Notes: a model not told the origin generated them from the sequence alone. Numbered from the stretch's first letter, positions 50,336-60,409 are shown. The stretch: DNA of 64,000 nt from an uncultured delta proteobacterium (GCA_963767925.1 CAVYGB010000002.1:2080001-2144000); one strand, 5' to 3'. Made by a program: numbers and translations.

Positions 50336-51898
50336 ATGGTCGGTCCATTTGTGTGCGCGGAGATCGTAATCCTTCTCCTGTGCGGCGCGATTGGTCGGAT
50401 CGTCCGCTGCCCCTTGCGTGCGTGGTCGGCTCGACTGGGAGTGCCATCCGGGTTGGCGCCCTGGATTGTCCTCGCCCTGCTGGCGCCGCTGCCCCTGGCC
50501 TGGCCGGGCCCATCTTTCCGGGCGGCGATGGTGACCTTGCTGTTCGTCATGTCCTGGAAGGCGGCCAGTCAGGATATCGATCTTGGTACGGAAGACACCC
50601 TGTGGAGCGAGCGGGCTTTCCTCCTGGTCAGCGCCCTGCTGTCCTTCTGGAATCCGGTCTTCCTGCTGGCCAATCTCTGGACGCAGTTCTCGGTCTTCGA
50701 TGCTTTCAAGCATCACGGCACCCTTCCGCTCCGCGTTTTGATGATCGGGTGCGCGGTGTGCGGACAGTGGACCCTGATGGGCGCACTCGGTTATGGCGGC
50801 GTTCTGGCGCCGGGGTTGCTGACCTTGCTCTCCTGCCACTCGATGGCCTACTGGCTGCCGGCGCTGGGAAAGGCCCGACTGGGGCCTCGCTGGTACTCCT
50901 GGATGCTGGACAACCGACTCCACTACATCATCGCCTCGGCCTTCAGCTGGGGGTGGCTGCGGTTTCTCCCGGAGAGGGTCTGGATCGGGATCGTGAATCG
51001 GGCAGCGGTCCTCACCGTCCCTTTTCAGATCGTCGCCTTCGGTCTCGAGACGACCGCGCTGGTGGAGATCGTCGACCACCAGGCGCTGCTGGCGGTCACG
51101 GTGTGGGCTGCCATTTTCCATCTGACGGTGTTCGTCACCACGGGAATCCTGTTCTGGGAATGGGCCTTCACGGGTCTGGTGCTGTTCTGGATGGTCCGCG
51201 GTCTGGATCCTCAGGTCACGGGGGTCGTCTTCGGCCCCCACATGCTCGTGCCCTCGCTGGTCGTGATGGGGGCGCTGTGGCTCCTGGGCAAGATCTGGAG
51301 GCCGCAGGTGCTGGCATGGTGGGATACCCCGTTTACCCAACGCGTTCACTGGCAAGTGCGCGGTCAGAGTGGAAAACTCTACGGCCTCTACAGCGACTTC
51401 TTCTGCCCGCACGAGCGGCTCTACGGGCGGGTTCACGGGTATTTCATGACCGACGAGAAGATCTGCACCGAACATCTGGGTGAGGTGAAGGATCGACTAC
51501 AGCGGGACCTCATCTGGTCATGCGACGGAGATCCCCTGCTCCTGAAGGGGGTGAAGGACCACTGGGGAAGGGCCCGCCGGAACAAGAGCAAATCGGCGCA
51601 GCATCGCGACTACCTGCTGAGGCTGGTGGTTGCCTACAACGCCGGCCGCAGGAAGAGCGTCTATCCCCGGTGGCTCCGCTGGCTCAAAGCGCCCGGCGGC
51701 CAGTTCTACTATTGGGGCCGAGCTCCCCGCTTTCGGGGTCAGGAGCCGGTCGCACGGGTGATAGTCTCCTACCGTGAGGAGTATTTCGACGGGAGAGCCT
51801 ACAAAGTGATCACCGACCGGTTGCTCGAAGAGATCGAGCTCCCCACGGGGCTCGGGGACGGACGGGAGTCGCGCCTCGACGCCGTGGCGCAACCCTGA
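50336..51898 (+). CDS. Polytopic membrane protein (HTTM-like)
   Basis: About 10 hydrophobic helices, YWLPALGK and FHLTVFVTTGILFWEW, followed by a soluble C-terminal domain. Confidence 0.7.
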   Translation: MVGPFVCAEIVILLLCGAIGRIVRCPLRAWSARLGVPSGLAPWIVLALLAPLPLAWPGPSFRAAMVTLLFVMSWKAASQDIDLGTEDTLWSERAFLLVSALLSFWNPVFLLANLWTQFSVFDAFKHHGTLPLRVLMIGCAVCGQWTLMGALGYGGVLAPGLLTLLSCHSMAYWLPALGKARLGPRWYSWMLDNRLHYIIASAFSWGWLRFLPERVWIGIVNRAAVLTVPFQIVAFGLETTALVEIVDHQALLAVTVWAAIFHLTVFVTTGILFWEWAFTGLVLFWMVRGLDPQVTGVVFGPHMLVPSLVVMGALWLLGKIWRPQVLAWWDTPFTQRVHWQVRGQSGKLYGLYSDFFCPHERLYGRVHGYFMTDEKICTEHLGEVKDRLQRDLIWSCDGDPLLLKGVKDHWGRARRNKSKSAQHRDYLLRLVVAYNAGRRKSVYPRWLRWLKAPGGQFYYWGRAPRFRGQEPVARVIVSYREEYFDGRAYKVITDRLLEEIELPTGLGDGRESRLDAVAQP

Positions 51899-51973
51899 CC
51901 CGGCCGGATCTTGCTGCCGCGAAATCGGACATTCACGCCTGCCTGAAAACCCGGGACCCTGTCTCAACGACCC

Positions 51974-52705
51974 ATGCCAAGCAGCGCAGCCTCCCATCTT
52001 TCCCCGGCGGACGCGATCGCGGCGGGCCTCCGCAGGCTTCGTCGAATTCGCAAGGAACTGATCGCTGTCCTGTCGATTGCCGCGGTCGCCGGAGCTTTGC
52101 TCATGGTGGCCTCGCAGCTCTACCAGCGGCGGGAAGACCGGAAGAAGGCCGAGGCGCTGGCCGCCCGGATCCGCTCCGGTGAAATCGTGCTCGAGAGGCC
52201 CCATAGCCCCAGCCTGGGGCCGGCGAACGCGAAGGTGACACTGGTCGAGTTCCTGGATCCCCAGTGCGGAAGTTGCCGGAAGATGTTTCCGAAGGTGAAG
52301 GAGTTGCTCGCGAGCCGGGCCGATGTACGGCTGGTCGTTCGGTACATGCCCTTTCATGCCCAGTCTGTCCATGCCGCGATCGCAGCCGAGGCCGCTCGCG
52401 CGCAGGGGAAATATTGGGAGATGCTGGCCATGCTCTTCGAGCGGCAGGAGGACTGGGGGGCCGCCGAACGTCCCCGGACCGATCTGATCACCGGCTATGC
52501 CCGCGCGCTCGGCCTCGACATGGGAGCATGGGAGCGGGCGATGGCGGACCCGGCGCTGCGAAAACAGGTCGAGACCGACCAGACCGATGCCGGCAACGTT
52601 CCGATCGGGAGCGTCCCGACATTCTTCGTGAACGGCCACATGGTCCGCGGCAAGCTGGAGCTGGACGCCCTCCAGGCGGCGGTCGACACACAACTCCAGC
52701 TCTGA
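51974..52705 (+). CDS. DsbA-family thioredoxin-like protein
   Basis: TM anchor, EFLDPQCGSC, RYMPFH and VPTFFVNG. Confidence 0.9.
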   Translation: MPSSAASHLSPADAIAAGLRRLRRIRKELIAVLSIAAVAGALLMVASQLYQRREDRKKAEALAARIRSGEIVLERPHSPSLGPANAKVTLVEFLDPQCGSCRKMFPKVKELLASRADVRLVVRYMPFHAQSVHAAIAAEAARAQGKYWEMLAMLFERQEDWGAAERPRTDLITGYARALGLDMGAWERAMADPALRKQVETDQTDAGNVPIGSVPTFFVNGHMVRGKLELDALQAAVDTQLQL

Positions 52706-52711
52706 GCTGCG

Positions 52712-52797
52712 AAAGCACCCGTCGCCAGGCGGCGCAGCATCAGGCCGATCATCGCGACATGGATCATCGCCTGGCTGGTATCCGTTCGGTGCTCGTA
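52712..52797 (-). mobile_element. IS5-family transposase C-terminal remnant
   Basis: YEHRTDTSQAMIHVAMIGLMLRRLA resembles the IS5 (IS1031-like) transposase C-terminus. Confidence 0.65.
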
Positions 52798-52814
52798 GGG
52801 CTCTCTGGGCCGCC

Positions 52815-53810
52815 TCAGCTCCGTCCCGCGTGCGCTGCGTACCAGGTGAGGGTCGCGCGCAGACCCGCGTCGAGTGCTGTCCGAGCCGTCCAGCCCACTA
52901 GCCGCCGGATCTTCGACACGTCCGGCAGCCGCCGCTCCACGCTGCCGGTCGGCGCCGGACGGATGTCGAGACGCCCCGGCCGCCAGTCCGCCACCCGGAA
53001 GATCGCCTCCGCGAGATCACCGATGCGGGTCTCCTCCGCCGATCCGACGTGTACCGTCTCGGCGCGATCCGCTCCGATGCTGAGGTCGTCCATGAGCAGC
53101 GTCATCGCTTCCACCGCGTCCTCGACAAAACAGAACGATCGCGTCGCGTCCGGGCTCGAAATGGGAAAAGGATCTGTGTGCCGAAGGGCCTTCAGCACGA
53201 GCTCGGGAATCACGTGGTCGAAACCGGCGCGCGGTCCATAAAAATTGTGGGGCCGCACGATGACCGCGGGGAGCCGGTGGCGCTTGGCATAGTGAATGAC
53301 GAAGAGCTCGCCGGTGAGCTTGGTCGCGGCGTAAGACCAGCGGGGATTGTAGGGGTCCTCTACCACCAGCGGGATCTCCTCGGGAGTTGGGATGGGAAGG
53401 TGGTGGAATGCCGAAAGGCCGCCCGCGTAGGCCTCGTTGGAAGACGTGAACATCAGCTTCGGTTTGCGAGGCAGCGTGGCGAGCCAATCGAGGATATTGA
53501 CCGTGGTAAGCGTGTTCGTACGCAGCACGCGTTCTGGCGCCTCGTAGAACCAGCGAGTCCCGTTCACGGCAGCGAGGTGATACACCTGATCGAACTCCCC
53601 ACCCAGGGTTCGGAGCGCAGCTGGATCGGTCAAGTCCAGCCTTCGCAGCTCGATGTTGGGCCGGCTGTCGAGCAGGGACCTGAGGTCGTCGTCCTCGCGG
53701 CCGCGCTCGAGGTTGTCCGCGATGACGATGGACGTCTCGGCGCGCGGGGCCAGCCGCTTGACCAGATGATAGCCGATGAAGCCAGCCCCGCCGGTGATCA
53801 GGACCCTCAT
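52815..53810 (-). CDS. NAD-dependent epimerase/dehydratase (extended SDR)
   Basis: TGGAGFIG, HLAAVNG, SYAATK (YxxxK) and HNFYGPR. Confidence 0.92.
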   Translation of the reverse strand: MRVLITGGAGFIGYHLVKRLAPRAETSIVIADNLERGREDDDLRSLLDSRPNIELRRLDLTDPAALRTLGGEFDQVYHLAAVNGTRWFYEAPERVLRTNTLTTVNILDWLATLPRKPKLMFTSSNEAYAGGLSAFHHLPIPTPEEIPLVVEDPYNPRWSYAATKLTGELFVIHYAKRHRLPAVIVRPHNFYGPRAGFDHVIPELVLKALRHTDPFPISSPDATRSFCFVEDAVEAMTLLMDDLSIGADRAETVHVGSAEETRIGDLAEAIFRVADWRPGRLDIRPAPTGSVERRLPDVSKIRRLVGWTARTALDAGLRATLTWYAAHAGRS

Positions 53811-54607
53811 CGTGGTCGCATGCCTTCGGGAACCGTGACCTGGAACTTCTTGTTCTCCTCGACGATGGCTTCGAACAGGTTCATGTTCAAGCCCAGCGAG
53901 CGCACCAGCGCGGCGAACGCCGTGGTGTCCTTCGGAAGGCACATGCCCCCAAATCCACGAAATCTATCGTTGCAGTCGAGATAGGCGTCCTCGATGGTGC
54001 TGCGGTGGACGAGGGCGTTCTTTATCGTACCGTAGTCCGCCTTCAAGGTCTTGCAGACTTCGAAGAACTCGTTGGCGAACACGATGCGGAGGGCGTTGAA
54101 AGTGTTGGAGAAGTACTTGGAGAGCTCAGCCTCCGTGGGCGTCAGGCGGAAGAACCGCTTGGGCAAGTGCCCGTGGGCGCGGGCGACGACGTCGTATTCT
54201 TTGTCGCCTCGTGCGCCTATCACGCACACGTCATGGTTGTCGACGAAGTCCGTGTAGGACGCGCGCTCGCGCAGAAACTCGGGACAGAACACCAGGCGAA
54301 GCGAGGGAAACTCACGCATCAGCCGTTCGGTCGTTCCGGGAGTAACAGTGGACTTGATCGCGACCACACCGCGGTACTCCGCCTCGGCAAGACTACGAAC
54401 TGTGTTGACGACCCTGCTGACGTCGCACGAACCATCGTCGGCGCACGGCGACGGCACGCAGACGAACGTCAACTCGGTGCCGAGCACATGCCCCAGCACC
54501 GTGCCCTCGAGCTTGATGTCGAACACGGACACCTCATGCCCGATGCGCTCGAGGCCGTGCCGAACTGCGCTGCCGACCACGCCCAGGCCAACGATGCCGA
54601 TCTTCAT
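53807..54607 (-). CDS. UDP-glucose/GDP-mannose dehydrogenase family protein (short form, no C-terminal domain)
   Basis: GLGVVG, IKSTVTPG, PEFLRE, AELSKYFSN and GFGGMCLPKD. Confidence 0.88.
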   Translation of the reverse strand: MKIGIVGLGVVGSAVRHGLERIGHEVSVFDIKLEGTVLGHVLGTELTFVCVPSPCADDGSCDVSRVVNTVRSLAEAEYRGVVAIKSTVTPGTTERLMREFPSLRLVFCPEFLRERASYTDFVDNHDVCVIGARGDKEYDVVARAHGHLPKRFFRLTPTEAELSKYFSNTFNALRIVFANEFFEVCKTLKADYGTIKNALVHRSTIEDAYLDCNDRFRGFGGMCLPKDTTAFAALVRSLGLNMNLFEAIVEENKKFQVTVPEGMRPR

Positions 54608-54686
54608 GAGCTGCCTTCTCCGTGCTGCTCAGAGTACCCCGAGCCCCGGCGCCTCCTGATGTAGCGATATGCGCCGCCCGAGGCGG

Positions 54687-56036
54687 TCAATGCATCACTG
54701 TTTCGAGGTGTCTGGCGAGGCGCCGGGCGAGCGCCAACACCGTGAATGTCGGGTTGGCGTTGCCCGCCGTAGGAAACACGGAGCTGCCGGCCACGAACAG
54801 GTTGTCCACGCTGACCACCCGGCAGCTCTGGTCCACCACGCCCTCCTCGGGTCGGGCCGCCATGCGGGTAGTCCCCAGCTGATGGCTGGCGTCCCTGAAG
54901 CGGGGCAGCGCCGTGCAGGCCGGTTCCACAGCCGTGTTTCCGAACCGACGCAGCCTCTCCGCGAGCCTCACGGCGAACCTGTCGAACAAGGTCTCGTCGA
55001 GTTGGCGCAGCTGCCAGTCGACCCGTGCGAGGAGGATGTCGAGCTCGTCGCGTTCATCCGACAGTGTGATCCGGCTGTGGCGGTTGGGGAGTTGCTCGAG
55101 GTAGACGTTCAGCTTGTAGCGGCCGGGCGCTGGCAACTCTTTGAGGTGGACACAGTGATTCGGCAGACCTTCACGCTCGAGATCCCTGTGGTCGAGCTCG
55201 AGGCCGACGCCGTGCGGATCCTCGTTATGACGAGACCACTGGAGGATCTCTCGCGGAGGGTCGTCGGGCGAGGAGCATTCGAACCACCCGGCGGACCCTT
55301 TTGGGTGATCCAGGAGGTTCCGGCCCACCCAGCCGTACCCATTCCCGATGCCCGCCGTCAGGCGGCGGCGCGAGTTGAGCAGAATTCGCGCGTTTTCGAT
55401 GGCGCCGCAGGCCAGGACGAACCACCTGGCCCTCACCATCCAGGGGCCTCCCCGCCAGGAACGCACCTCGACGGCCCTCACACGAGGGGCCGGGCCGTCG
55501 AGCACCAGCTCGGCGACGTTGGCCCCGAGCACACGGAAGATGTTGGGCGAGCGCTCGACCAGACGGGTCAGTCGGTCGCGCAGGTCGACTGGGTTTTCCT
55601 CCGTGATGTAGTAGCTGGGAGACAGGCCGGGCGTGGCCGCCAGGTCCAGCATCGAGCCCTGTGGGTGACGGTGCGTGTCCAGCAAGCCTTCGAGCTGCTG
55701 TTCGCTGGCCAGGGCTCGATAATGAGGCTCGAGCTCTTCGTAACCAATCGGCCAACCAGCTTCCTCGAGGCCCGGCTTCGGCCGCAGGTCGAACGGGGTC
55801 AGCACCTTCCACCGCTCGGACCAGATGTTCGCGGTTCCTCCGTATTGCCGTATCCGACACTCCGAGCGAGCCCCGCGAATTTTCCGCTCACCGGCCCCGC
55901 CCAGAGGGACGGGGGCCTCCCGGCTGGTCCACTCCACAGGGAGACCACCGCCGGTGACGCCTTGAAGCACCGGCGCCCAGTCCTCTCGATCCTTGGGGGG
56001 GAGCTTCAGCGCCACCCGCCGCTGGCGCCCGGGCAC
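54687..56036 (-). CDS. GMC-family oxidoreductase lacking a recognisable N-terminal FAD motif (possible pseudogene)
   Basis: RQYGGTANIW, LACGAIENARILL, HQLGTTRM and GNANPTFT, but no GxGxxG. Confidence 0.75.
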   Translation of the reverse strand: MPGRQRRVALKLPPKDREDWAPVLQGVTGGGLPVEWTSREAPVPLGGAGERKIRGARSECRIRQYGGTANIWSERWKVLTPFDLRPKPGLEEAGWPIGYEELEPHYRALASEQQLEGLLDTHRHPQGSMLDLAATPGLSPSYYITEENPVDLRDRLTRLVERSPNIFRVLGANVAELVLDGPAPRVRAVEVRSWRGGPWMVRARWFVLACGAIENARILLNSRRRLTAGIGNGYGWVGRNLLDHPKGSAGWFECSSPDDPPREILQWSRHNEDPHGVGLELDHRDLEREGLPNHCVHLKELPAPGRYKLNVYLEQLPNRHSRITLSDERDELDILLARVDWQLRQLDETLFDRFAVRLAERLRRFGNTAVEPACTALPRFRDASHQLGTTRMAARPEEGVVDQSCRVVSVDNLFVAGSSVFPTAGNANPTFTVLALARRLARHLETVMH

Positions 56037-56051
56037 CGGTGATTCCGGTGA

Positions 56052-56444
56052 TTAAGGGACCCCGTCAGACCGGTGACGACAGGCGGCGTAGTACGCAGCC
56101 ATCAAGGCTGCCGTGCCGGTGCTGAACGTCAAGGCGTGCCGCGCTCCCGTGTGGGCCGCGAACTGGTCTTCGAACATCTTTCCGACGCCGTATCCGGCCC
56201 CGGTGAGCTCGTCACGATCGAGCATGGCGCCGAGCAAGTCCTTCTCCGCCTGCTTCGGCCGGCGCCATCGTTCGGCGGCCTTACGGGGCAAGGCGGGCGC
56301 CCCACCCAGCAGGGCGAGAGTTGCGCATCGGTGCCCCGGACCGACCGTCAGGGCGGCTGGCTCGCCCGCCGAGCTTGGCGGCTCGGCGCCGTGCGTGTCA
56401 GTGGTCTCATTGGACGAGTGCTCGTGCGACATGGTGTAAATCAA
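56052..56444 (-). pseudogene. DegT/DnrJ/EryC1/StrS aminotransferase N-terminal fragment
   Basis: LALLGG...FEDQFAAHTGARHALTFSTGTAALMAA, then an early stop. Confidence 0.75.
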
Positions 56445-56622
56445 GCTCCGGTCGACGGTCGGAAGCTAACATTTGCCCTTTGCGGACGATGGCGCTTCTG
56501 CGGCAGTCGAGCTGCGCAAACCGCGGCAGCTTTCGGGGCAGGTTTGCCAGCGCGTCTGCGGCGCATATGCAGCTTTTTGCCGCGGACCTCGAGGCGCCCA
56601 TCCCTCCGGTTCGCCTGTCAGC

Positions 56623-57708
56623 CTAGGTTCGCTGCTCGAGCCCACTCTCCGCGGGGCGCCGGGCCGACTGGCCTCGCCCCAACCGCCCGAGGATCTCGCT
56701 CACCTGACGAAAAAAAACTCGTTCGGAGAAGTACCTGCGGTAGGCGCTCAGCGCCGCGCGGGTGATTCGCCAGCGCTCCTCTTCGTGAGCGAGATAGAAG
56801 GCGCAGACCTCCTCGAGATCGGAGAAGTCGGGCCGCACCGGCAGATAGGTCTCACCGGGCCGGTAGATGTTCGGCTCGGTGACGAGGTGCTCCATCGAGG
56901 GCTTGACCAGCAATGCTCCTGCCATCACCACCTCGAAGTCCCGGAAGCACACCTCGCCGTAACCCCAGGGAGATAAACAGATCTTCGAGCTCGCCAGCTC
57001 CCTCTGGTACTCCCGGACCGGGAGGACCTGATTGTGGCAGGCCACCTGGAACCTGCCGCTCAGGGCGCCGAGGGTGTCCAGGGCCCGCTGGCGGTGCCGC
57101 CGGTACCAGTGAGTCGGCTCGAGGAAGTCGACCGACATCCGCATGCTGATGTCAATGGGGCGCTCGGCGGCGGGGCGCTCAGCCGTCGGGCCACAGTCGC
57201 GGAGTCGGCCTTGCATGGCGCTGGCGACGCCGAGGTTCCACCCCAGGACGAGCTTGTCCGGAAAGCAATCCGGCACCTCAAAACTGGTGGGCTCGCTCAG
57301 GCCGTCCACACAGTCGACGTAATGAGCGTGGATGCGTTGGCTCGGGTGCGACAAGCGGTAGTCATCGAGGCTTCGAAGCACTTGCTTCTTCACGTACAGG
57401 TCCGCGAAGGCGGCGGCATCCCCATGACACACACCCGCGCTGTCCTGGTCATCGAGGATTACCTTCTGGGTCCCAATTGCCCGGAGCAGCTGACCGAGGA
57501 GATCGGGATGATGGCGGAAGACCTTGGACTGGACGAAGACGATGTCGAATCGATCGAGTGTGAATATGTCGATCTCACCGAGTGTGCGCAGGCTCCGCTC
57601 GGTAAAATGAAAATCATGGAGCTCGACGAGCTCCTCGCGATGGTCGTGAAACGGCTCGATCTGCACACGCGAGGACGCCGAATCGTTGGTGAGGAACAGA
57701 ACTTTCAT
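56623..57708 (-). CDS. Glycosyltransferase (GT-B, Glyco_trans_1_2-like)
   Basis: YVKKQ and SKICLSPWGYGEVCFRDFEVVMAGALLVKP. Confidence 0.8.
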   Translation of the reverse strand: MKVLFLTNDSASSRVQIEPFHDHREELVELHDFHFTERSLRTLGEIDIFTLDRFDIVFVQSKVFRHHPDLLGQLLRAIGTQKVILDDQDSAGVCHGDAAAFADLYVKKQVLRSLDDYRLSHPSQRIHAHYVDCVDGLSEPTSFEVPDCFPDKLVLGWNLGVASAMQGRLRDCGPTAERPAAERPIDISMRMSVDFLEPTHWYRRHRQRALDTLGALSGRFQVACHNQVLPVREYQRELASSKICLSPWGYGEVCFRDFEVVMAGALLVKPSMEHLVTEPNIYRPGETYLPVRPDFSDLEEVCAFYLAHEEERWRITRAALSAYRRYFSERVFFRQVSEILGRLGRGQSARRPAESGLEQRT

Positions 57709-57930
57709 CGCCTGCCCAACGATATCCGTCGGGCCGACCAGGGGACGCAGCATTTGGCGGCGGGCGATCTGGCGGCTCTTCGCTCGAGGCCTTCGCCTCC
57801 TTTCGGGCCGCATGCCGCAACATTGGGCAGGTGGATGATTGCGGCAGCTGCTAACTTCCGGGAGCTGGATTTTCGCTGAGCTCCTGGCTTTCTCTCTGCA
57901 AGCCCAGGGTTACCGCTGAAAGGGTCCGTA

Positions 57931-58677
57931 ATGGAGACCGAGCTAGCCGCCCCTGTCGACGAGCGTGTGATCGACGAGCGCCTGCATCACATAGCCGACA
58001 TGTTCCGCAGGTATGGTACCTACCGGACGATCCTGAATCCGCGCTCGATCGTGCTCCATCGCCATACCCACTACCACTGGCCCCGCTACCTGGAGCACTG
58101 GCCGCTGGCGGTCTGCTGGGGCCAGTGGGACACTTCCTCCGCGATCGGCGCCCTGGGTGCTACCGGTGCCGCGCTCAGCGAACGACAACGACTCATCCCC
58201 GTCGGCCACCAGGTCGAACCTTTCCGGGAAGAGACGATCGAGCAGTTCCTGGCCGAGCAGGTGCCCCTGCGCGAGACCCGCCGCTACCGCGAGATGATGG
58301 CCCAGCTCGAGCGCCAGGGAACGACGGCTTGGAAGAAGTGCCGCACCCGGGAGGAGATCGAGGCATACCTCCAGCGCGTTCTCGACCTGTGCCGTCGGAT
58401 CCGGACCGACGGCTATTGTACGCGGCCGGAGGGCGCGCCCGGCAAAGAGATCACAGTCCGCATTGGTCGCGACGGCCGCTTCATCAAATGGGGACAGGGA
58501 ACTCACCGCCTCGCGATAGCCCGATTTCTGCAGCTCCGCTCGGTGCCAGTGGTCGTGGACCTGATGCACTGGCAGTGGGCGCGAGCCTGCCTCGCGAGCC
58601 GCCCGCCGGGCACCACCATGCGCCAGGCCGTCGAGGATGAGCTGGCCCAAATCGCCCGCCGGGCGACAGCGGCCTGA
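57931..58677 (+). CDS. Hypothetical protein, ParB/sulfiredoxin-like fold (copy 1)
   Basis: EITVRIGRDGRFIKWGQGTHRLAIARFLQLRSVPVVV (G-x-H-R motif). Confidence 0.75.
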   Translation: METELAAPVDERVIDERLHHIADMFRRYGTYRTILNPRSIVLHRHTHYHWPRYLEHWPLAVCWGQWDTSSAIGALGATGAALSERQRLIPVGHQVEPFREETIEQFLAEQVPLRETRRYREMMAQLERQGTTAWKKCRTREEIEAYLQRVLDLCRRIRTDGYCTRPEGAPGKEITVRIGRDGRFIKWGQGTHRLAIARFLQLRSVPVVVDLMHWQWARACLASRPPGTTMRQAVEDELAQIARRATAA

Positions 58678-58768
58678 ACCCTCACCCTTGCGGTTCTTCG
58701 CTAGCCGGGATTATTCATCAGGGGGCAACGCTGGGGGTCGCGCGGCCACCGGCGCCGTGATCCCGATC

Positions 58769-58858
58769 GTTCCCGTTCCCGTTCCCGTTCCCGTTCCCGT
58801 TCCCGTTCCCGTTCCCGTTCCCGTTCCCGTTCCCGTTCCCGTTCCCGTTCCCGTTCCC
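58769..58858. repeat. (GTTCCC)15 hexanucleotide microsatellite
   Basis: Perfect 90-bp tract read directly from the sequence. Confidence 0.95.
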
Positions 58859-58982
58859 GGACCCGTGCCCGGCTTTTCGGACTGGGGCCCCCGCAATCAG
58901 CGCTGAGGGCGGGGCTGCGCCCCAGGGGCAGGGGGAATAGAGGGCGAGGGGAGTGTGCGCGGTTCAGCCGAAGGGCTGCGGC

Positions 58983-59120
58983 GATAGCACGAAGCGGACG
59001 TTCGAGCCTTGCTCGGTATGCTCTGCCTTGATCATCATGCGGTAGCCGCGCGGCCAGCGCTTACGGCCCGTTCCCTTGGAGCGATATCGGATGGACTTGA
59101 ATAGGCGGGTCTTCTTGCCC
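58983..59120 (-). mobile_element. IS1380-family transposase internal remnant
   Basis: LFKSIRYRS...WPRGYRMMIKAEHTEQGSNVRFVLS resembles the IS1380 KAEH...GxNxRFVV region. Confidence 0.65.
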
Positions 59121-59322
59121 GCGCGCGTTGCCGCAACATGGGGCAGCTGGATGATTGCGGCAGCTGCTACCTTCCGGGTGCTGGGTTTTCGCTGAGCTCC
59201 TGGCTTCGGTGAGCTCGGCGCGCGGGAAACGCCCACTGCCGCGCTTCTCCCGCTTGCTGATGACTGCGCCTCCTCTACGCTCTTCCGCGAAAGACGTGCC
59301 CTGGTGCGACGGGGTGCGGACG

Positions 59323-59373
59323 GGCGCCTGCTACGCCCACCTCTTCGATCTGCAAGCCCAGGGCTACCGCTGA
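59323..59373 (+). pseudogene. ABC transporter C-terminal tail remnant
   Basis: GACYAHLFDLQAQGYR-stop; a shorter LQAQGYR-stop is at 57896-57919. Confidence 0.6.
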
Positions 59374-59384
59374 AAGGGTCCGCA

Positions 59385-60110
59385 ATGGAAACCGAACTAG
59401 CCGCCCTTCTCGACGAGCGTGTGATTGACGAGCGCCTGCATCACGTAGCCGACATGTCCCGCACTTATGGTGCATACCGGACGATCGTGAATCCGCGGTC
59501 GATCGTGCTCCGTTCGCGACGCGACACCCACTGGCCCCGCTACGTGAGGCACTGGCCGCTGGCGGTCTGCTGGGGCCAGTGGGACTTGCATGCTACCGGT
59601 GCCGCGCTCAGCCGACGACAACAACTCGTCCCCGTCAGCCACCAGGTCAAACCCATCCGGGAAGAGAGGATCGAGCAGTTCCTGGCCGAGCAGGTGCCCC
59701 TGCGCGAGACCCGCCGCTACCGCGAGATGATGGCCCAGCTCAAGGGCCAGCGAATGACGGGTTCGACGAAGTGGGACACCCCGGAGCAGATCGAGGCATA
59801 CCTAGAGGACGTTCTCGACCTGTGCCGTCGGATCCGGACCGACGGCTATTGCGCGCGGCCAGAGGGCGCGCCCGGTAAAGAGATCACCGTCCGCATTGGT
59901 CGCGACGGCAGCTTCATCAAATGGGGACAGGGAACCCACCGCGTCGCGATCGCCCGATTTCTGCAGCTCCGCTCGGTGCCAGTGGTCGTGGACCTGATGC
60001 ACTGGCAGTGGGCGCGAGCCTGCCTCGCGAGCCGCCCGCCGGGCACCACCATGCGCCAGGCCGTCGAGGATGAGCTGGCCCAAATCGCCCGCCGGGCGAC
60101 GGCGGCCTGA
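59385..60110 (+). CDS. Hypothetical protein, ParB/sulfiredoxin-like fold (copy 2)
   Basis: Paralog of 57931-58677; GQGTHRVAIA. Confidence 0.75.
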   Translation: METELAALLDERVIDERLHHVADMSRTYGAYRTIVNPRSIVLRSRRDTHWPRYVRHWPLAVCWGQWDLHATGAALSRRQQLVPVSHQVKPIREERIEQFLAEQVPLRETRRYREMMAQLKGQRMTGSTKWDTPEQIEAYLEDVLDLCRRIRTDGYCARPEGAPGKEITVRIGRDGSFIKWGQGTHRVAIARFLQLRSVPVVVDLMHWQWARACLASRPPGTTMRQAVEDELAQIARRATAA

Positions 60111-60409
60111 ACCCTCACCCTTGCGGTTCTTCGCTAGCGCGGCTCTGTCGCCCGACCCATAGGGGTGGAAGCGGGCATCGCCTTCGGTGGTCCCCAACAG
60201 GATGTCAAGGGGTCGGGGCGTGAAGCAAATGGCGGCATAGCAGCAGGCGCCGGGACGGCCTAACACTGAGGAAATCCTGCCGTGCGCACCGGGACTGGTC
60301 CAACACCGCTGGGAGCGTATGCTTCCGAGCACCCTGGGGTCGGGTGATCACTTCTTCGCGAGGTTCGGATAAATGAATTCGAACTCGCGCCGCTGAAGAG
60401 CGTACTGCG

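Larger units (their letters stand above)
57813..60138 (+). repeat. Diverged direct duplication (57813-58705 and 59129-60138)
   Basis: Shared upstream sequence, paralogous genes and near-identical 3' ends; both copies end at GCTAGC. Confidence 0.9.

Noticed and set aside
58637..58906. (VP)n or (GT)n repeat proteins
   Set aside because: These are simply translations of the GTTCCC microsatellite with no other coding signal.
57931..60110. Diversity-generating retroelement template/variable pair
   Set aside because: Differences are not restricted to adenines, they include an indel, and no reverse transcriptase is visible.
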